DNA from: Hyphomicrobiales bacterium
Lineage (GTDB): Bacteria > Pseudomonadota > Alphaproteobacteria > Rhizobiales > Hyphomicrobiaceae
Assembly: GCA_031367895.1 (NCBI GenBank)
Contig: JANLQP010000104.1
Span: forward strand, 6,375-70,374
Length of the DNA stretch: 64,000 nucleotides
Direction of reading: 5' to 3'
The notes under the pieces were generated by a model, which saw nothing but the letters and a program-made list of their open reading frames with translations, did not search any database and was not told the origin of the DNA. This document shows positions 21,400-29,552 of the stretch, one piece after another. Position 1 is the first letter of the stretch; every line of letters begins with the position of its first letter. The translations under genes were made by a program, and so were the position numbers.

Positions 21400-22719
21400 A
21401 TGACCGAAGTCCCTGCCAATGACCAAGTACCATGGGTTGCTTCGGTCGCAGGCCTGCGCGAAAAGCTCGCGATCGACCCGGGCGCCGTCCGGGCTGTCGG
21501 CTGGTCGTTCGCCTACTTCTTCTCGGTGCTCTGCAGCTATTACATCATCCGGCCGTTGCGCGACGAGATGGGCGTCACCGTTGGCGTGGATGGACTGGAG
21601 CGCCTCTTCTTCATCGTCTTCGGCGTGATGCTCGCAGCCGTGCCACTGTTCGGCTGGCTCGTCTCGACGTTTCCGAAGAAGCACGTGGCGCCGGTCGTCT
21701 ACCTGTTTTTCATCGCCAATCTCGTGGTGTTCTGGCTGGTGCTCTCGGCTTGGAAAACCAGCGCACTGGTCGCTTCGATGTTCTTCGTCTGGGTCAGCGT
21801 CTTCAACCTGTTCGTCGTGTCGCTGTTCTGGATCGTGATGGCGGACCTTTGGTCGACAGCCGACGCTAAACGCTACTACGGCATGATCGCGGCGGGCGGC
21901 AGTGCCGGAGCGTTTTGCGGCCCGCTGATTACGCAGAGCATCGTGCACAAGCTCGGAGCGGCGAATCTGCTGCTGGTGTCGGCGCTGTTCCTCGGCATTG
22001 CAGTCGCCTGCGTATTTGCGCTCCGCCGCGAGCTCGGTCACGCGCATCAGGCGGATCACGACAAGCCAGCTGGAGACGGGATACTCGCCGGTGCCGAACG
22101 CGTCTTCAAGTCGCCGTACCTGTTCCAGATCGCCATGTGGATCCTGGTCGCCAACCTGATTTCGACGTTCTTCTATTTCGAGCAGGCGCGAATCATTGGC
22201 GCCGCGCTGCCGGAGCGGGCCGACCGGGTGCAGCTCTTTGCGCGTATGGACCTGACGGTCAGTGTGTTCACGATCATGGCGCAACTTTTCATCACGGCGG
22301 CGGTGATGCGGTGGCTGCCGGTCGGCTACTGCGTCGCCGCATTGCCAGTGAGCGCGACACTCGGGTTGCTGGCGTTGGCGGTTGCACCGTCGCTTTGGGT
22401 GGTCGTCGGCGTCATCGTCGCCGAGCGCGCGATCGGCTTCGCCATCTCGAACCCTGCAGCGCGCGTGCTCTATACGGTCGTCGACCCGCAGGACAAGTAC
22501 AAGGCGCAGAACTTCATCGACACCGTCGTGTTCCGCGGCGGCGATGCGGCCAGCGGCTGGCTCTTCAACAGCGTCGCGAAGGCAGCGGGTCTCGCGACTC
22601 CGGCGGTCGCCATGCTGACCGTGCCGTTCGCGTTACTCTGGGTGTTCCTCAGCCTGCGGCTCGGACGTGCGCAAGAGGAGCAGGCGGCAAAGCAGACAGT
22701 GGCGAAGGGCAACGCGTAG
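21400..22719 (+). CDS. MFS-type transporter (NTP/NDP exchange transporter-like)
   Basis: About 12 predicted TM segments. N-terminal YYIIRPLRDEMG resembles Npt/Tlc-like MFS proteins. The subfamily assignment is tentative. Start taken at MTEVPAND. Confidence 0.8.
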   Translation: MTEVPANDQVPWVASVAGLREKLAIDPGAVRAVGWSFAYFFSVLCSYYIIRPLRDEMGVTVGVDGLERLFFIVFGVMLAAVPLFGWLVSTFPKKHVAPVVYLFFIANLVVFWLVLSAWKTSALVASMFFVWVSVFNLFVVSLFWIVMADLWSTADAKRYYGMIAAGGSAGAFCGPLITQSIVHKLGAANLLLVSALFLGIAVACVFALRRELGHAHQADHDKPAGDGILAGAERVFKSPYLFQIAMWILVANLISTFFYFEQARIIGAALPERADRVQLFARMDLTVSVFTIMAQLFITAAVMRWLPVGYCVAALPVSATLGLLALAVAPSLWVVVGVIVAERAIGFAISNPAARVLYTVVDPQDKYKAQNFIDTVVFRGGDAASGWLFNSVAKAAGLATPAVAMLTVPFALLWVFLSLRLGRAQEEQAAKQTVAKGNA

Positions 22720-22742
22720 GTGTCTGGCGTCAGCCTGACACC

Positions 22743-23276
22743 TCAGCCAACCTGCGGGCTCATTGTGCGCGCAAATAGCTTCGAGCGCTTGACATAGTCG
22801 TCGACACCCCAGGCGATCAGTTCGCGGTCCTTGTCGTTGACCTCGCGGATGATTTTGCCCGGCGCGCCCATGACGAGCGAGTTTGGCGGGATCTCCTTGC
22901 CCTGCGGGATCAACGCACCAGCGCCGATCAGACACCCGCCGCCGATCTTCGCGCCGTTGAGCACGATCGCACCGATGCCGATCAGCGCCCCTTTGCCGAT
23001 CGTGCAGCCGTGCAGCATGACCATATGGCCAACGGTGACCTCGTCCTCGATCAGCATCGGGAAACCGGGGTCGACGTGCAGGACCGCGCCTTCCTGCACA
23101 TTGCAACGTGCGCCGATGCGGATCGTTTCGTTGTCGCCGCGGATCACCGCATTGAACCAGACGCTGGTGTCTTCACCCAACGTGACGCGGCCGATCACAG
23201 CAGCACTCGGCGCGACCCAATACCGGCCGGGCCCAGGTATTTGCACCTCGGCGCCGTCGAGCGCATAAAGCGGCAT
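22743..23276 (-). CDS. Gamma carbonic anhydrase family protein (hexapeptide repeat, YrdA/PaaY-like)
   Basis: 177 aa. Left-handed beta-helix hexapeptide repeats and the conserved H..MLHGC region. Confidence 0.9.
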   Translation of the reverse strand: MPLYALDGAEVQIPGPGRYWVAPSAAVIGRVTLGEDTSVWFNAVIRGDNETIRIGARCNVQEGAVLHVDPGFPMLIEDEVTVGHMVMLHGCTIGKGALIGIGAIVLNGAKIGGGCLIGAGALIPQGKEIPPNSLVMGAPGKIIREVNDKDRELIAWGVDDYVKRSKLFARTMSPQVG

Positions 23277-23305
23277 GAATTCCCCCGCGAAGATGTCGAC
23301 AATCG

Positions 23306-23533
23306 CTACTCGAGATCGATATCGAGAATGGTCATGTTGAACTGGAAGCAGAGCTCCCCGTCCTCGGTATCCTTGGCGACGAGGCCGATGAAGTCGTCGC
23401 CAACAAAAACCTCGGCGGCGTCGGCAGCCTTCTGGCGGCCTTTCACCTTGATCTTCGGGTTGCCGAAGGTCTTTTGCATGTACTGCTCGACGCGCTTCAA
23501 TTCGTCAGGCGTCACTGTTACGGGTTTAGCCAC
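23306..23533 (-). CDS. DUF3126 family protein
   Basis: 75 aa immediately downstream of cysE, the usual alphaproteobacterial arrangement. The sequence is typical: VEQYMQKTFGNPKIKVKGR... Confidence 0.8.
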   Translation of the reverse strand: MAKPVTVTPDELKRVEQYMQKTFGNPKIKVKGRQKAADAAEVFVGDDFIGLVAKDTEDGELCFQFNMTILDIDLE

Positions 23534-23572
23534 GCAAAGTCCCTCTTGGCGTTGTGAATTGGAAAGCCCGGT

Positions 23573-24418
23573 TCAGCAGCCGCAGCCGCAGTCGTCCGGG
23601 GAAAGTCTCTGATCCATGGCGCGCGACGGCTCAGGGCAGCCCGAGTCTCCGACGACCTTGGCGGGTACACCCGCCACCGTCTTGTTCGGCGGCACGTCTT
23701 TCAGTACGACCGAGCCGGCGGCCACCTTCGAGCAGTTGCCGACGCGGATATTGCCGAGCACCTTGGCACCAGCTGCGAGCAACACGTTGTCGCCGATCTT
23801 GGGGTGCCTGTCACCCGTGTCCTTGCCGTTACCACCGAGCGTGACATTCTGCAGGATCGAACAGTTGTCGCCGACCACCGCGGTCTCGCCAATGACAATA
23901 CCGGTGCCGTGGTCGAGCATGAGGCCAACGCCGAGCCGGGTCGCCGGATGGATGTCGACGGCAAAGATGCGCGAACTCTGGCTTTGCAGATAAAAGGCGA
24001 AGTCGTGTCGACCTTCGAGCCACAATGCGTGCGCGAAGCGATGCGTCACGAGCGCGTGGAAGCCTTTAAAATAGAGCAGCGGCTCGATGTAGCGGTGGCA
24101 AGCCGGGTCGCGATCGAATACGGCTGCCAGATCTGCGCGGAAGGCATTGCCGAGGTCCGGCTTGCTGGTGAGGACGTCGGCGAACATCTGGCCGATCAGG
24201 CCAGCATCGACGTCCGAGTGGTTGAGGCGCTGCGCCAGGCGATGGCAGATCGCCTCCTCCAGCCGCTCATGAGACAGAACGGTCGCATAGATGAAGCCGC
24301 CGAGCGCCCGCTCCGAGGCAATGATGTCCTCGGCTTCGGCACGGACCGCGGTCCAGATCGGGTCGACTGCCTCGATGCGCCCGCGTAAGGGCGCGCTCTT
24401 GGATGCCGTCATAAGCAA
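23573..24418 (-). CDS. cysE: Serine O-acetyltransferase
   Basis: 281 aa. N-terminal SATase helical domain, VDIHPA motif and hexapeptide repeats. Unusual Cys-rich C-terminal tail (DDCGCGC). Confidence 0.9.
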   Translation of the reverse strand: MLMTASKSAPLRGRIEAVDPIWTAVRAEAEDIIASERALGGFIYATVLSHERLEEAICHRLAQRLNHSDVDAGLIGQMFADVLTSKPDLGNAFRADLAAVFDRDPACHRYIEPLLYFKGFHALVTHRFAHALWLEGRHDFAFYLQSQSSRIFAVDIHPATRLGVGLMLDHGTGIVIGETAVVGDNCSILQNVTLGGNGKDTGDRHPKIGDNVLLAAGAKVLGNIRVGNCSKVAAGSVVLKDVPPNKTVAGVPAKVVGDSGCPEPSRAMDQRLSPDDCGCGC

Positions 24419-24571
24419 CTCTCCTCGCCGCGAACTCCGGCGATCATTTTGAGGCAGCCGCTCGATCGGGGCGCCTGTTGCACTGCACGTAATCTGGTAC
24501 TGCGGCTCGCGTCAATCAACCATAAGCCTCCTCATTCCAGGCCTGAGGAAAGCTTGCGCCTGCCCCCATGA

Positions 24572-24868
24572 AGGGCTGCACGTCGCTCCGGAGCGGCCGA
24601 GGCCTTGCAAATGCGGCTGGTTGGTCAGGTGGTGCCTGCCACAGACCACATGGTGGAAACGTTGAAGCTCGCGGGCGAAATCGCGGACAATGCGCCGCTC
24701 TCGATCGATGCCGCGAAGGTCGCCGTGGTCGAGATGACGCGGTATCCGGAAAGTGCCGATATGGCTCGCCTCGAGGCGCTCGCGGCGGCCTGTTTCGACA
24801 GCGAGGACTACAAGGAAGGCCAGCGCGCATTCCTGGACAAGCGGAAGCCGGTTTTTCGTGGGCGATAG
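24572..24868 (+). pseudogene. C-terminal remnant of an enoyl-CoA hydratase/crotonase gene
   Basis: The frame reads ...SGAAEALQMRLVGQVVPATD...NAPLSIDAAK...FDSEDYKEGQRAFLDKRKPVFRGR. This is only the last third or so of a crotonase. There is an in-frame stop at 24569..24571, and only about 150 nt separate it from divergent cysE. Confidence 0.6.
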
Positions 24869-25309
24869 GAGAGGGGACAGCCATCCAATTGATTCGGTTG
24901 GAGTGACCAATGGAAGCCAGAACTCTGCAGATTATCAACAGATATCGGCGTGCAGCGCTTTTGGACAAAGGCATTAGACCCCTATCCGCGTCGCCAGCGC
25001 CCGCAAGGGACATCTACCTGGCAGCAATGCAGGCGATGCACCCGCGGCTTCCGTGAATCAGAGGACTCGCGCCGTGATTTCGCCTGATTTTACAGGCCAA
25101 AAGCATGCCGAGGCACTCGATCACATCCGCGATCGACAGTCGCCGGCTGCAAGCCTTATGACCAGCGTCGGGTATCGCTTTCTTGCGATCATGGTCTCGC
25201 CGTGGTTAGGAATCACATATCTTTTGTTGTGAACAGTTATTCACTGCCCCGCCGTGTTTTTGACCCCAACGCAGATGATATAGTCGTCCTCGGCATCAAC
25301 CAACTGGAG

Positions 25310-25795
25310 ATGACTGCCGTGAAGAAGAACATTCGTTGGGGGGTAAGCGCGTGTGTAGCTGCTCTGGCACTCGCTCTGGGCAGCGGTGTCGCGAGCGCAC
25401 AACAGAAGGCGCCTGATGCGCCGGCAAAGGCCGACGTGAAGAAGGCCGAACCGCCGAAGGCCGAAGCCAAGAAGGCAGAGGCTCCGAAAGCAGCGCCGGT
25501 GAAGAAGGCGGAACCGAAGAAGGCTGCGTCTGCTTGCGCCGGCGTCGAGCCTGAGGCGACCTGCATCGGCAACACCGAATGCATGTGGGTGAAGGAAGTG
25601 ACGACGAAGGCTGGGCAGAAGCGCAAGGCGCACTGCCAGAAGAAGCCGACGCCGCCGGCCGCCAAGAAGGCAGCCGAGCCGAAGAAGGCAGAGCCCGCGA
25701 AGGCTGCTCCGGCAGCTGCTCCGAAGGCTGCTGCTCCGGCTGCGCCTGCTCCTGCAGCCCCAAAGGCTGCAGCCCCGGCTGCTCCGAAGCAGTAA
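25310..25795 (+). CDS. Secreted Lys/Ala/Pro-rich repeat protein with a central 4-Cys segment
   Basis: Signal peptide (VSACVAALALALGSGVASA), KKAEPPKAEAKKAEAPKA-type repeats, and CAGVEPEATCIGNTECMWV...HCQKK. The start could instead be GTG at 25319, which has better RBS spacing. Confidence 0.6.
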   Translation: MTAVKKNIRWGVSACVAALALALGSGVASAQQKAPDAPAKADVKKAEPPKAEAKKAEAPKAAPVKKAEPKKAASACAGVEPEATCIGNTECMWVKEVTTKAGQKRKAHCQKKPTPPAAKKAAEPKKAEPAKAAPAAAPKAAAPAAPAPAAPKAAAPAAPKQ

Positions 25796-25835
25796 TTCGG
25801 GTTCGGTCTCGCGAGAGACGGCCGAAGCACACGAT

Positions 25836-25873
25836 GACCGCGGCACCTCAGGGTGCTGCGGTCATTTTCGTTT
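25836..25873 (+). terminator. Rho-independent terminator
   Basis: GACCGCGGCACC / GGTGCTGCGGTC stem (one G-U pair) around a TCAG loop, followed by ATTTTCGTTT. It lies 40 nt after the stop of the KAP-rich gene. Confidence 0.6.
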
Positions 25874-26038
25874 GGCGGACCGAACTCTTCCCGGCCCCAG
25901 TCGGTGATGCCGGTGAAGGATGCGTCAGCGATGCGTCAGCGATAGCGGTTGCCAGCTGACGAGTTTGCGGGTAAATACCTCGTTGCTCGCGGCATGCTCC
26001 GCGAAGCGTCCGCTTGCCTATGGCAGGCCACTATGTGA

Positions 26039-26114
26039 GCCGCAATAGCTCAGCTGGTAGAGCACCGCATTCGTAATGCGGGGGTCACAGGTTCAAGTCC
26101 TGTTTGCGGCACCA
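26039..26114 (+). tRNA. tRNA-Thr (anticodon CGU)
   Basis: Hand-folded cloverleaf. Acceptor GCCGCAA/TTGCGGC, D stem GCTC/GAGC, anticodon stem CCGCA/TGCGG with loop TTCGTAA, T arm ACAGG-TTCAAGT-CCTGT, and an encoded CCA. Confidence 0.95.
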
Positions 26115-26192
26115 TATAAATCAATGACTTGGATGTATTGGAGGACAAATCGCAACCTCAATACGCTCACCGTGGGGTTATTGGACGAGCTG

Positions 26193-27371
26193 CTAGGCGC
26201 GTTTTGCATGACTGGCTGATTGCCCCCGCTCGCGTATTTCCGATGAGGAGGTGTCAAGGCGGAAACGGTGCTCTGAGATTGCGGTAAAGAGATCGGCATA
26301 GCGTCGCGGCACGGGGATGTCGGCCAGAGCGCGTACGCGCCCTGCGGCGTCGATGCGCACGGCAACCAGAAAACTGCCGCCGGAGTTGCCGATTTCGTCG
26401 AGCGCAACGTGCATCCGATCCTCATCGTCGCCATAATATCTCGGCGCAACCAGCCGCTCCGCCGTATCCGCCCCGATCACAAACGTCGTCCTTGGAAACA
26501 ACCGCGACTTCTCGAGAAAGGTGGGCGCCCTCGTGAGTTCGACCGCCGATTGCCAGGCGAATTGCGCGAGCCGGTGTCGCAGCGTCGTACCCGCCAGTGG
26601 CGGCTTGTCGACGTTCGTCACAGAGATTTCGAACGCCAATGGCTGCTGCCTCAGTTCTTCGGCGACCCGCGCCAGCAACAGATGTCCTGAGTGCACCGGG
26701 TTGAACGATCCCGGCAACAGCACGACGGGACGTGGCGCTGACAGCATCATCTGGCCATCGGGCTGGGCAGTGACGCGATCAAACGCGCCCGCGAGCAGCT
26801 GATCGATAACATCCGAAGTCGCGACGACCGTCTCGGCGAAGTGTTCATCCGCATCGAGCAGGCTGCGTGGTGAGGGTGCGGCGATCCCGCAGGCTTTGGC
26901 TAGCCACAGGACGATCGCGCGCGAAACGACGTCTTCTTCAGCGGCGCGATCACGTCGGCCCTTGGCCATCACGCCTGTGCAGTGCGCAATGCGAGCAGAG
27001 TTGGCGAATGCGATGTGAAAACGGTGCTCGCCCTTACGTGGACGGTCGCTCGCCAGTGCCGCCGTTGCGCCGAGGCCAACCAGATCTGTCCCCGTCGGTA
27101 TCAATCTCGCTGCGCGCGCCTGTACGCTCTGTGCCATCGCGATTGCGGTGTCGGCACTGCATGCCTGTGCCGGTGCAAAGCCGAGAAACGTCTCGAGCGC
27201 CAGCGCATCGTATGGAACTTGCGCTTCGAGCAGCAGACGCGAGCCCCCCGGAATACGGAGTAACTCGCCGATCGCCCCGGTGCCCCCCCCGGTGATTGCG
27301 AGTGCAGCCTTGCGGCCGGACGCGTGTAAATTGGCGATCAATGTATGCCACGGAGCGTGCGACGAGCTCAT
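26193..27371 (-). CDS. Fusion protein: CinA/PncC-like N-terminal domain plus NadD-like nucleotidyltransferase domain
   Basis: 392 aa. The N-terminal half (ALAITGGGTGAIGELLRIPGGSRLLLEAQVPY...) resembles the CinA C-terminal/PncC fold. The C-terminal half has GSFNPVHSGH ((H/T)xGH motif) and TSSSEIR (the ISSTxIR-like motif of NaMN/NMN adenylyltransferases). Confidence 0.7.
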   Translation of the reverse strand: MSSSHAPWHTLIANLHASGRKAALAITGGGTGAIGELLRIPGGSRLLLEAQVPYDALALETFLGFAPAQACSADTAIAMAQSVQARAARLIPTGTDLVGLGATAALASDRPRKGEHRFHIAFANSARIAHCTGVMAKGRRDRAAEEDVVSRAIVLWLAKACGIAAPSPRSLLDADEHFAETVVATSDVIDQLLAGAFDRVTAQPDGQMMLSAPRPVVLLPGSFNPVHSGHLLLARVAEELRQQPLAFEISVTNVDKPPLAGTTLRHRLAQFAWQSAVELTRAPTFLEKSRLFPRTTFVIGADTAERLVAPRYYGDDEDRMHVALDEIGNSGGSFLVAVRIDAAGRVRALADIPVPRRYADLFTAISEHRFRLDTSSSEIRERGQSASHAKRA

Positions 27372-27491
27372 GGTGAGTGTGTGTTCCGAAGCTGAAAAGT
27401 ACCATGCTGACGGTGAAAGACAATTCGGACAGAGTCAACCAGCTCCGCTCAAGGTGCGTGGACGGTGGGATCGGCCGCCGCTACACCCGGC

Positions 27492-27818
27492 CTATGGACC
27501 GTTTCGATTGATGAGATCCGTGATGCGCGCCTGGACGTCTTCGGGCTGTTCCGCTACCGCTGAAACGAGCGCCGCGAGCGTGCGCCTCGTGGCATAAAGC
27601 TGATCCATCAGCGAGAGGACGACCGACATACTGTCTTCTTCGATGCACAGATCATAATGGAGCTCGCAGATAAGATGCACGCGGGCCACGTCGGACGGAT
27701 CGAATTGCAACTCTTCGTTTTCGTGCACCGGAATGACCCAGCCCAATTCGATCCAACGGTGGAGCGCGGCGGCTTCCAGCTCCTCGATTGCGTCAACAAG
27801 TTCGCGGGCGGTGATCAT
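27492..27818 (-). CDS. cbpM: Chaperone modulator CbpM (MerR-like)
   Basis: 108 aa. Its start overlaps the cbpA stop by 4 nt, and it lies downstream of a CbpA-type J protein. MerR-like helical pattern. Confidence 0.75.
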   Translation of the reverse strand: MITARELVDAIEELEAAALHRWIELGWVIPVHENEELQFDPSDVARVHLICELHYDLCIEEDSMSVVLSLMDQLYATRRTLAALVSAVAEQPEDVQARITDLINRNGP

Positions 27819-28723
27819 GACGGCGCTCCCGGCTCTTTGCGGGGATCGTAAGGATGCTTTGCTTCCCAGTCGACCACGGCCTGGACGAGCGCGTCGTCCG
27901 GCTGATCGGGAAGCATCACGCGAAGCTCCACAATGTGATCGCCGCTGCCGCCCTTAGTCGGTGCACCTTTGCCCCGCAGCCGAAGCTTGGTGCCCGTGTT
28001 GGAGCCCTTGGGGACTGTCAGGTTGACCGAACCAGACACGGTTGCCACTGCCACCTTCGCGCCGGCCATCGCTTCGCCGAGTGTGACAGACAGCGTCGAA
28101 TGGATGTTGTCGCCCTCGCGGCGGAACAGCGGGTGCGGCTTGACTAGGATCTGGACCAGAACGTCACCGGGTTCACCGTTACCTCGACCGGGGTTCCCCT
28201 GTCCCCGCAAGCGCAGGATCTGGCCCTCCATCACCCCGGCAGGAATGGTGATGTCCAGCGTTCGCCCATCGCTCATGATGACCCGTTGCTTGGCCCCATT
28301 GATTGCGTCAGTGAACTCGACAGCAAACGCAGAATTGACGTCCTCCCCACGCACATCGGTCCTGGCGTGCCGCCGGAAAAGTTCGGCAAACAAGTCGTCC
28401 TCGTCTTGACCGGCCCCGGACCCCTGCCGCTCATACTTGAAGCCTGAGTTCGCCTCGGCATGCTGGCGATAGGAACGGCGTTCCGGGTGATCCTGCCGTT
28501 CTGTACCGCTGTCATCGATCTTGCCGGCGTCGAAAAGCGCACGTCGTGTGCTATCGCCGACGATCGCATAGGCTGAGGCAATAGCCTTGAAGCGCGTTTC
28601 TGCCGCCTTGTCGCCGGGATGCAGATCCGGGTGGTTTTTCTTGGCGAGCGCGCGATAAGCCTTGCGGATCTCGTCATCTGTTGCCGCTCGGCTGACACCC
28701 AGTATTTGATACGGATCCGCCAT
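27815..28723 (-). CDS. cbpA: DnaJ-like curved-DNA-binding protein CbpA
   Basis: 302 aa. J domain (YQILGVSRAATDDEIRKAYRALAKKNHPD), no zinc-finger Cys repeats, and DnaJ C-terminal domains. Confidence 0.85.
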   Translation of the reverse strand: MADPYQILGVSRAATDDEIRKAYRALAKKNHPDLHPGDKAAETRFKAIASAYAIVGDSTRRALFDAGKIDDSGTERQDHPERRSYRQHAEANSGFKYERQGSGAGQDEDDLFAELFRRHARTDVRGEDVNSAFAVEFTDAINGAKQRVIMSDGRTLDITIPAGVMEGQILRLRGQGNPGRGNGEPGDVLVQILVKPHPLFRREGDNIHSTLSVTLGEAMAGAKVAVATVSGSVNLTVPKGSNTGTKLRLRGKGAPTKGGSGDHIVELRVMLPDQPDDALVQAVVDWEAKHPYDPRKEPGAPS

Positions 28724-28751
28724 TGCATTGTTTCTCCGTCAGCGCCGAAAG

Positions 28752-28780
28752 GAATGGGTGGCCGACGCCGCGTTCCCAAC
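28752..28780 (-). promoter_or_regulatory. Possible RpoH (sigma-32)-type promoter of cbpA
   Basis: The minus strand reads GTTGGGA-N14-ACCCATTC, against the consensus CTTGAAA-N13-17-CCCCATNT. It ends about 28 nt upstream of the cbpA ATG. Confidence 0.3.
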
Positions 28781-28910
28781 CTGCTGCGCAACGACTCTAG
28801 CGCCCCGGCAGGTGAACCGCATTTGATTTCCATCGTGGTCCTGAGTGCTGGAGGTTCTGTGCCGAGATCTGTCAGTAATCGGCGCGGTTCCAGCAGCAAT
28901 GTTCCCGCAC

Positions 28911-28939
28911 AAAAAAGCCGACGGGAGGGGGCCGCCGGC
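28911..28939 (-). terminator. Rho-independent terminator ending the hydantoinase/ABC operon
   Basis: Minus-strand RNA: GCCGGCGG-CCCCCTC-CCGUCGGC (8-bp stem with one G-U pair) followed by UUUUUU. It starts 12 nt after the stop of the 162-aa ORF. Confidence 0.7.
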
Positions 28940-28951
28940 TCCACCGATGCA

Positions 28952-29440
28952 TCACTTTGCTACCGGCGCATAAATGCCGACGTTCATGCCATCGCATTCG
29001 GCCCTTCTGGATGAACCGGCGACAGCGATGCCGCGATACGGGGTCGACCGGTCGATACCCACCGAGTGGAGCCAGGTCATGGCGGGGAGGCAGGGATCGG
29101 GCTGGCTCCGATCGGCCACGACCAGCACGTCGTCGCTTGAAACGTCGGGTGCGGTTGCGAGCCCATCGAATAGATTCCGGTGATAATGGCGTGGATCAAT
29201 CAACGGCTTCCACTCCCCCATGCCGCGAATGCTCAAGTAATAGGGGTCGCGAAAGACGGCCTCGGATACGACGGTGTACATCGCGAGCGAGGGTGGGAAT
29301 CCGGCGGCGCCAGTCGTGAAACGTTGAGCCGATGTAATGCCCGGCACGGTCCGCATTATGCGCAGGTGCTCGACATACCAGGTATCCCATTGGGCTTGGC
29401 GCGTAGTGTCCATCAATCCGCTTTGGCTCATGAAAATCAT
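28952..29440 (-). CDS. Hypothetical protein (162 aa), last gene of the hydantoinase operon
   Basis: Good GC3 bias, same strand as the operon, followed by a terminator. I recognise no family. Start uncertain (M1, M4 or M10). Confidence 0.6.
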   Translation of the reverse strand: MIFMSQSGLMDTTRQAQWDTWYVEHLRIMRTVPGITSAQRFTTGAAGFPPSLAMYTVVSEAVFRDPYYLSIRGMGEWKPLIDPRHYHRNLFDGLATAPDVSSDDVLVVADRSQPDPCLPAMTWLHSVGIDRSTPYRGIAVAGSSRRAECDGMNVGIYAPVAK

Positions 29441-29552
29441 GCGTGCGCCTCCAAGGTTTCCGCGTCACGCGACGTTGAAAATGCTGCAATCAGCAGAACG
29501 CTGGCGCGACGAAGCCTGCGATCACTAACTCGGCTCGATCATGAATAGACCG

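Noticed and set aside
25237-25846. Three roughly 180-200-aa minus-strand ORFs and a plus-strand alternative frame over the Lys/Ala/Pro-repeat gene.
   Set aside because: They are a by-product of the GCN/AAG/CCG repeat composition. Only the plus frame has a signal peptide and is followed by a terminator.
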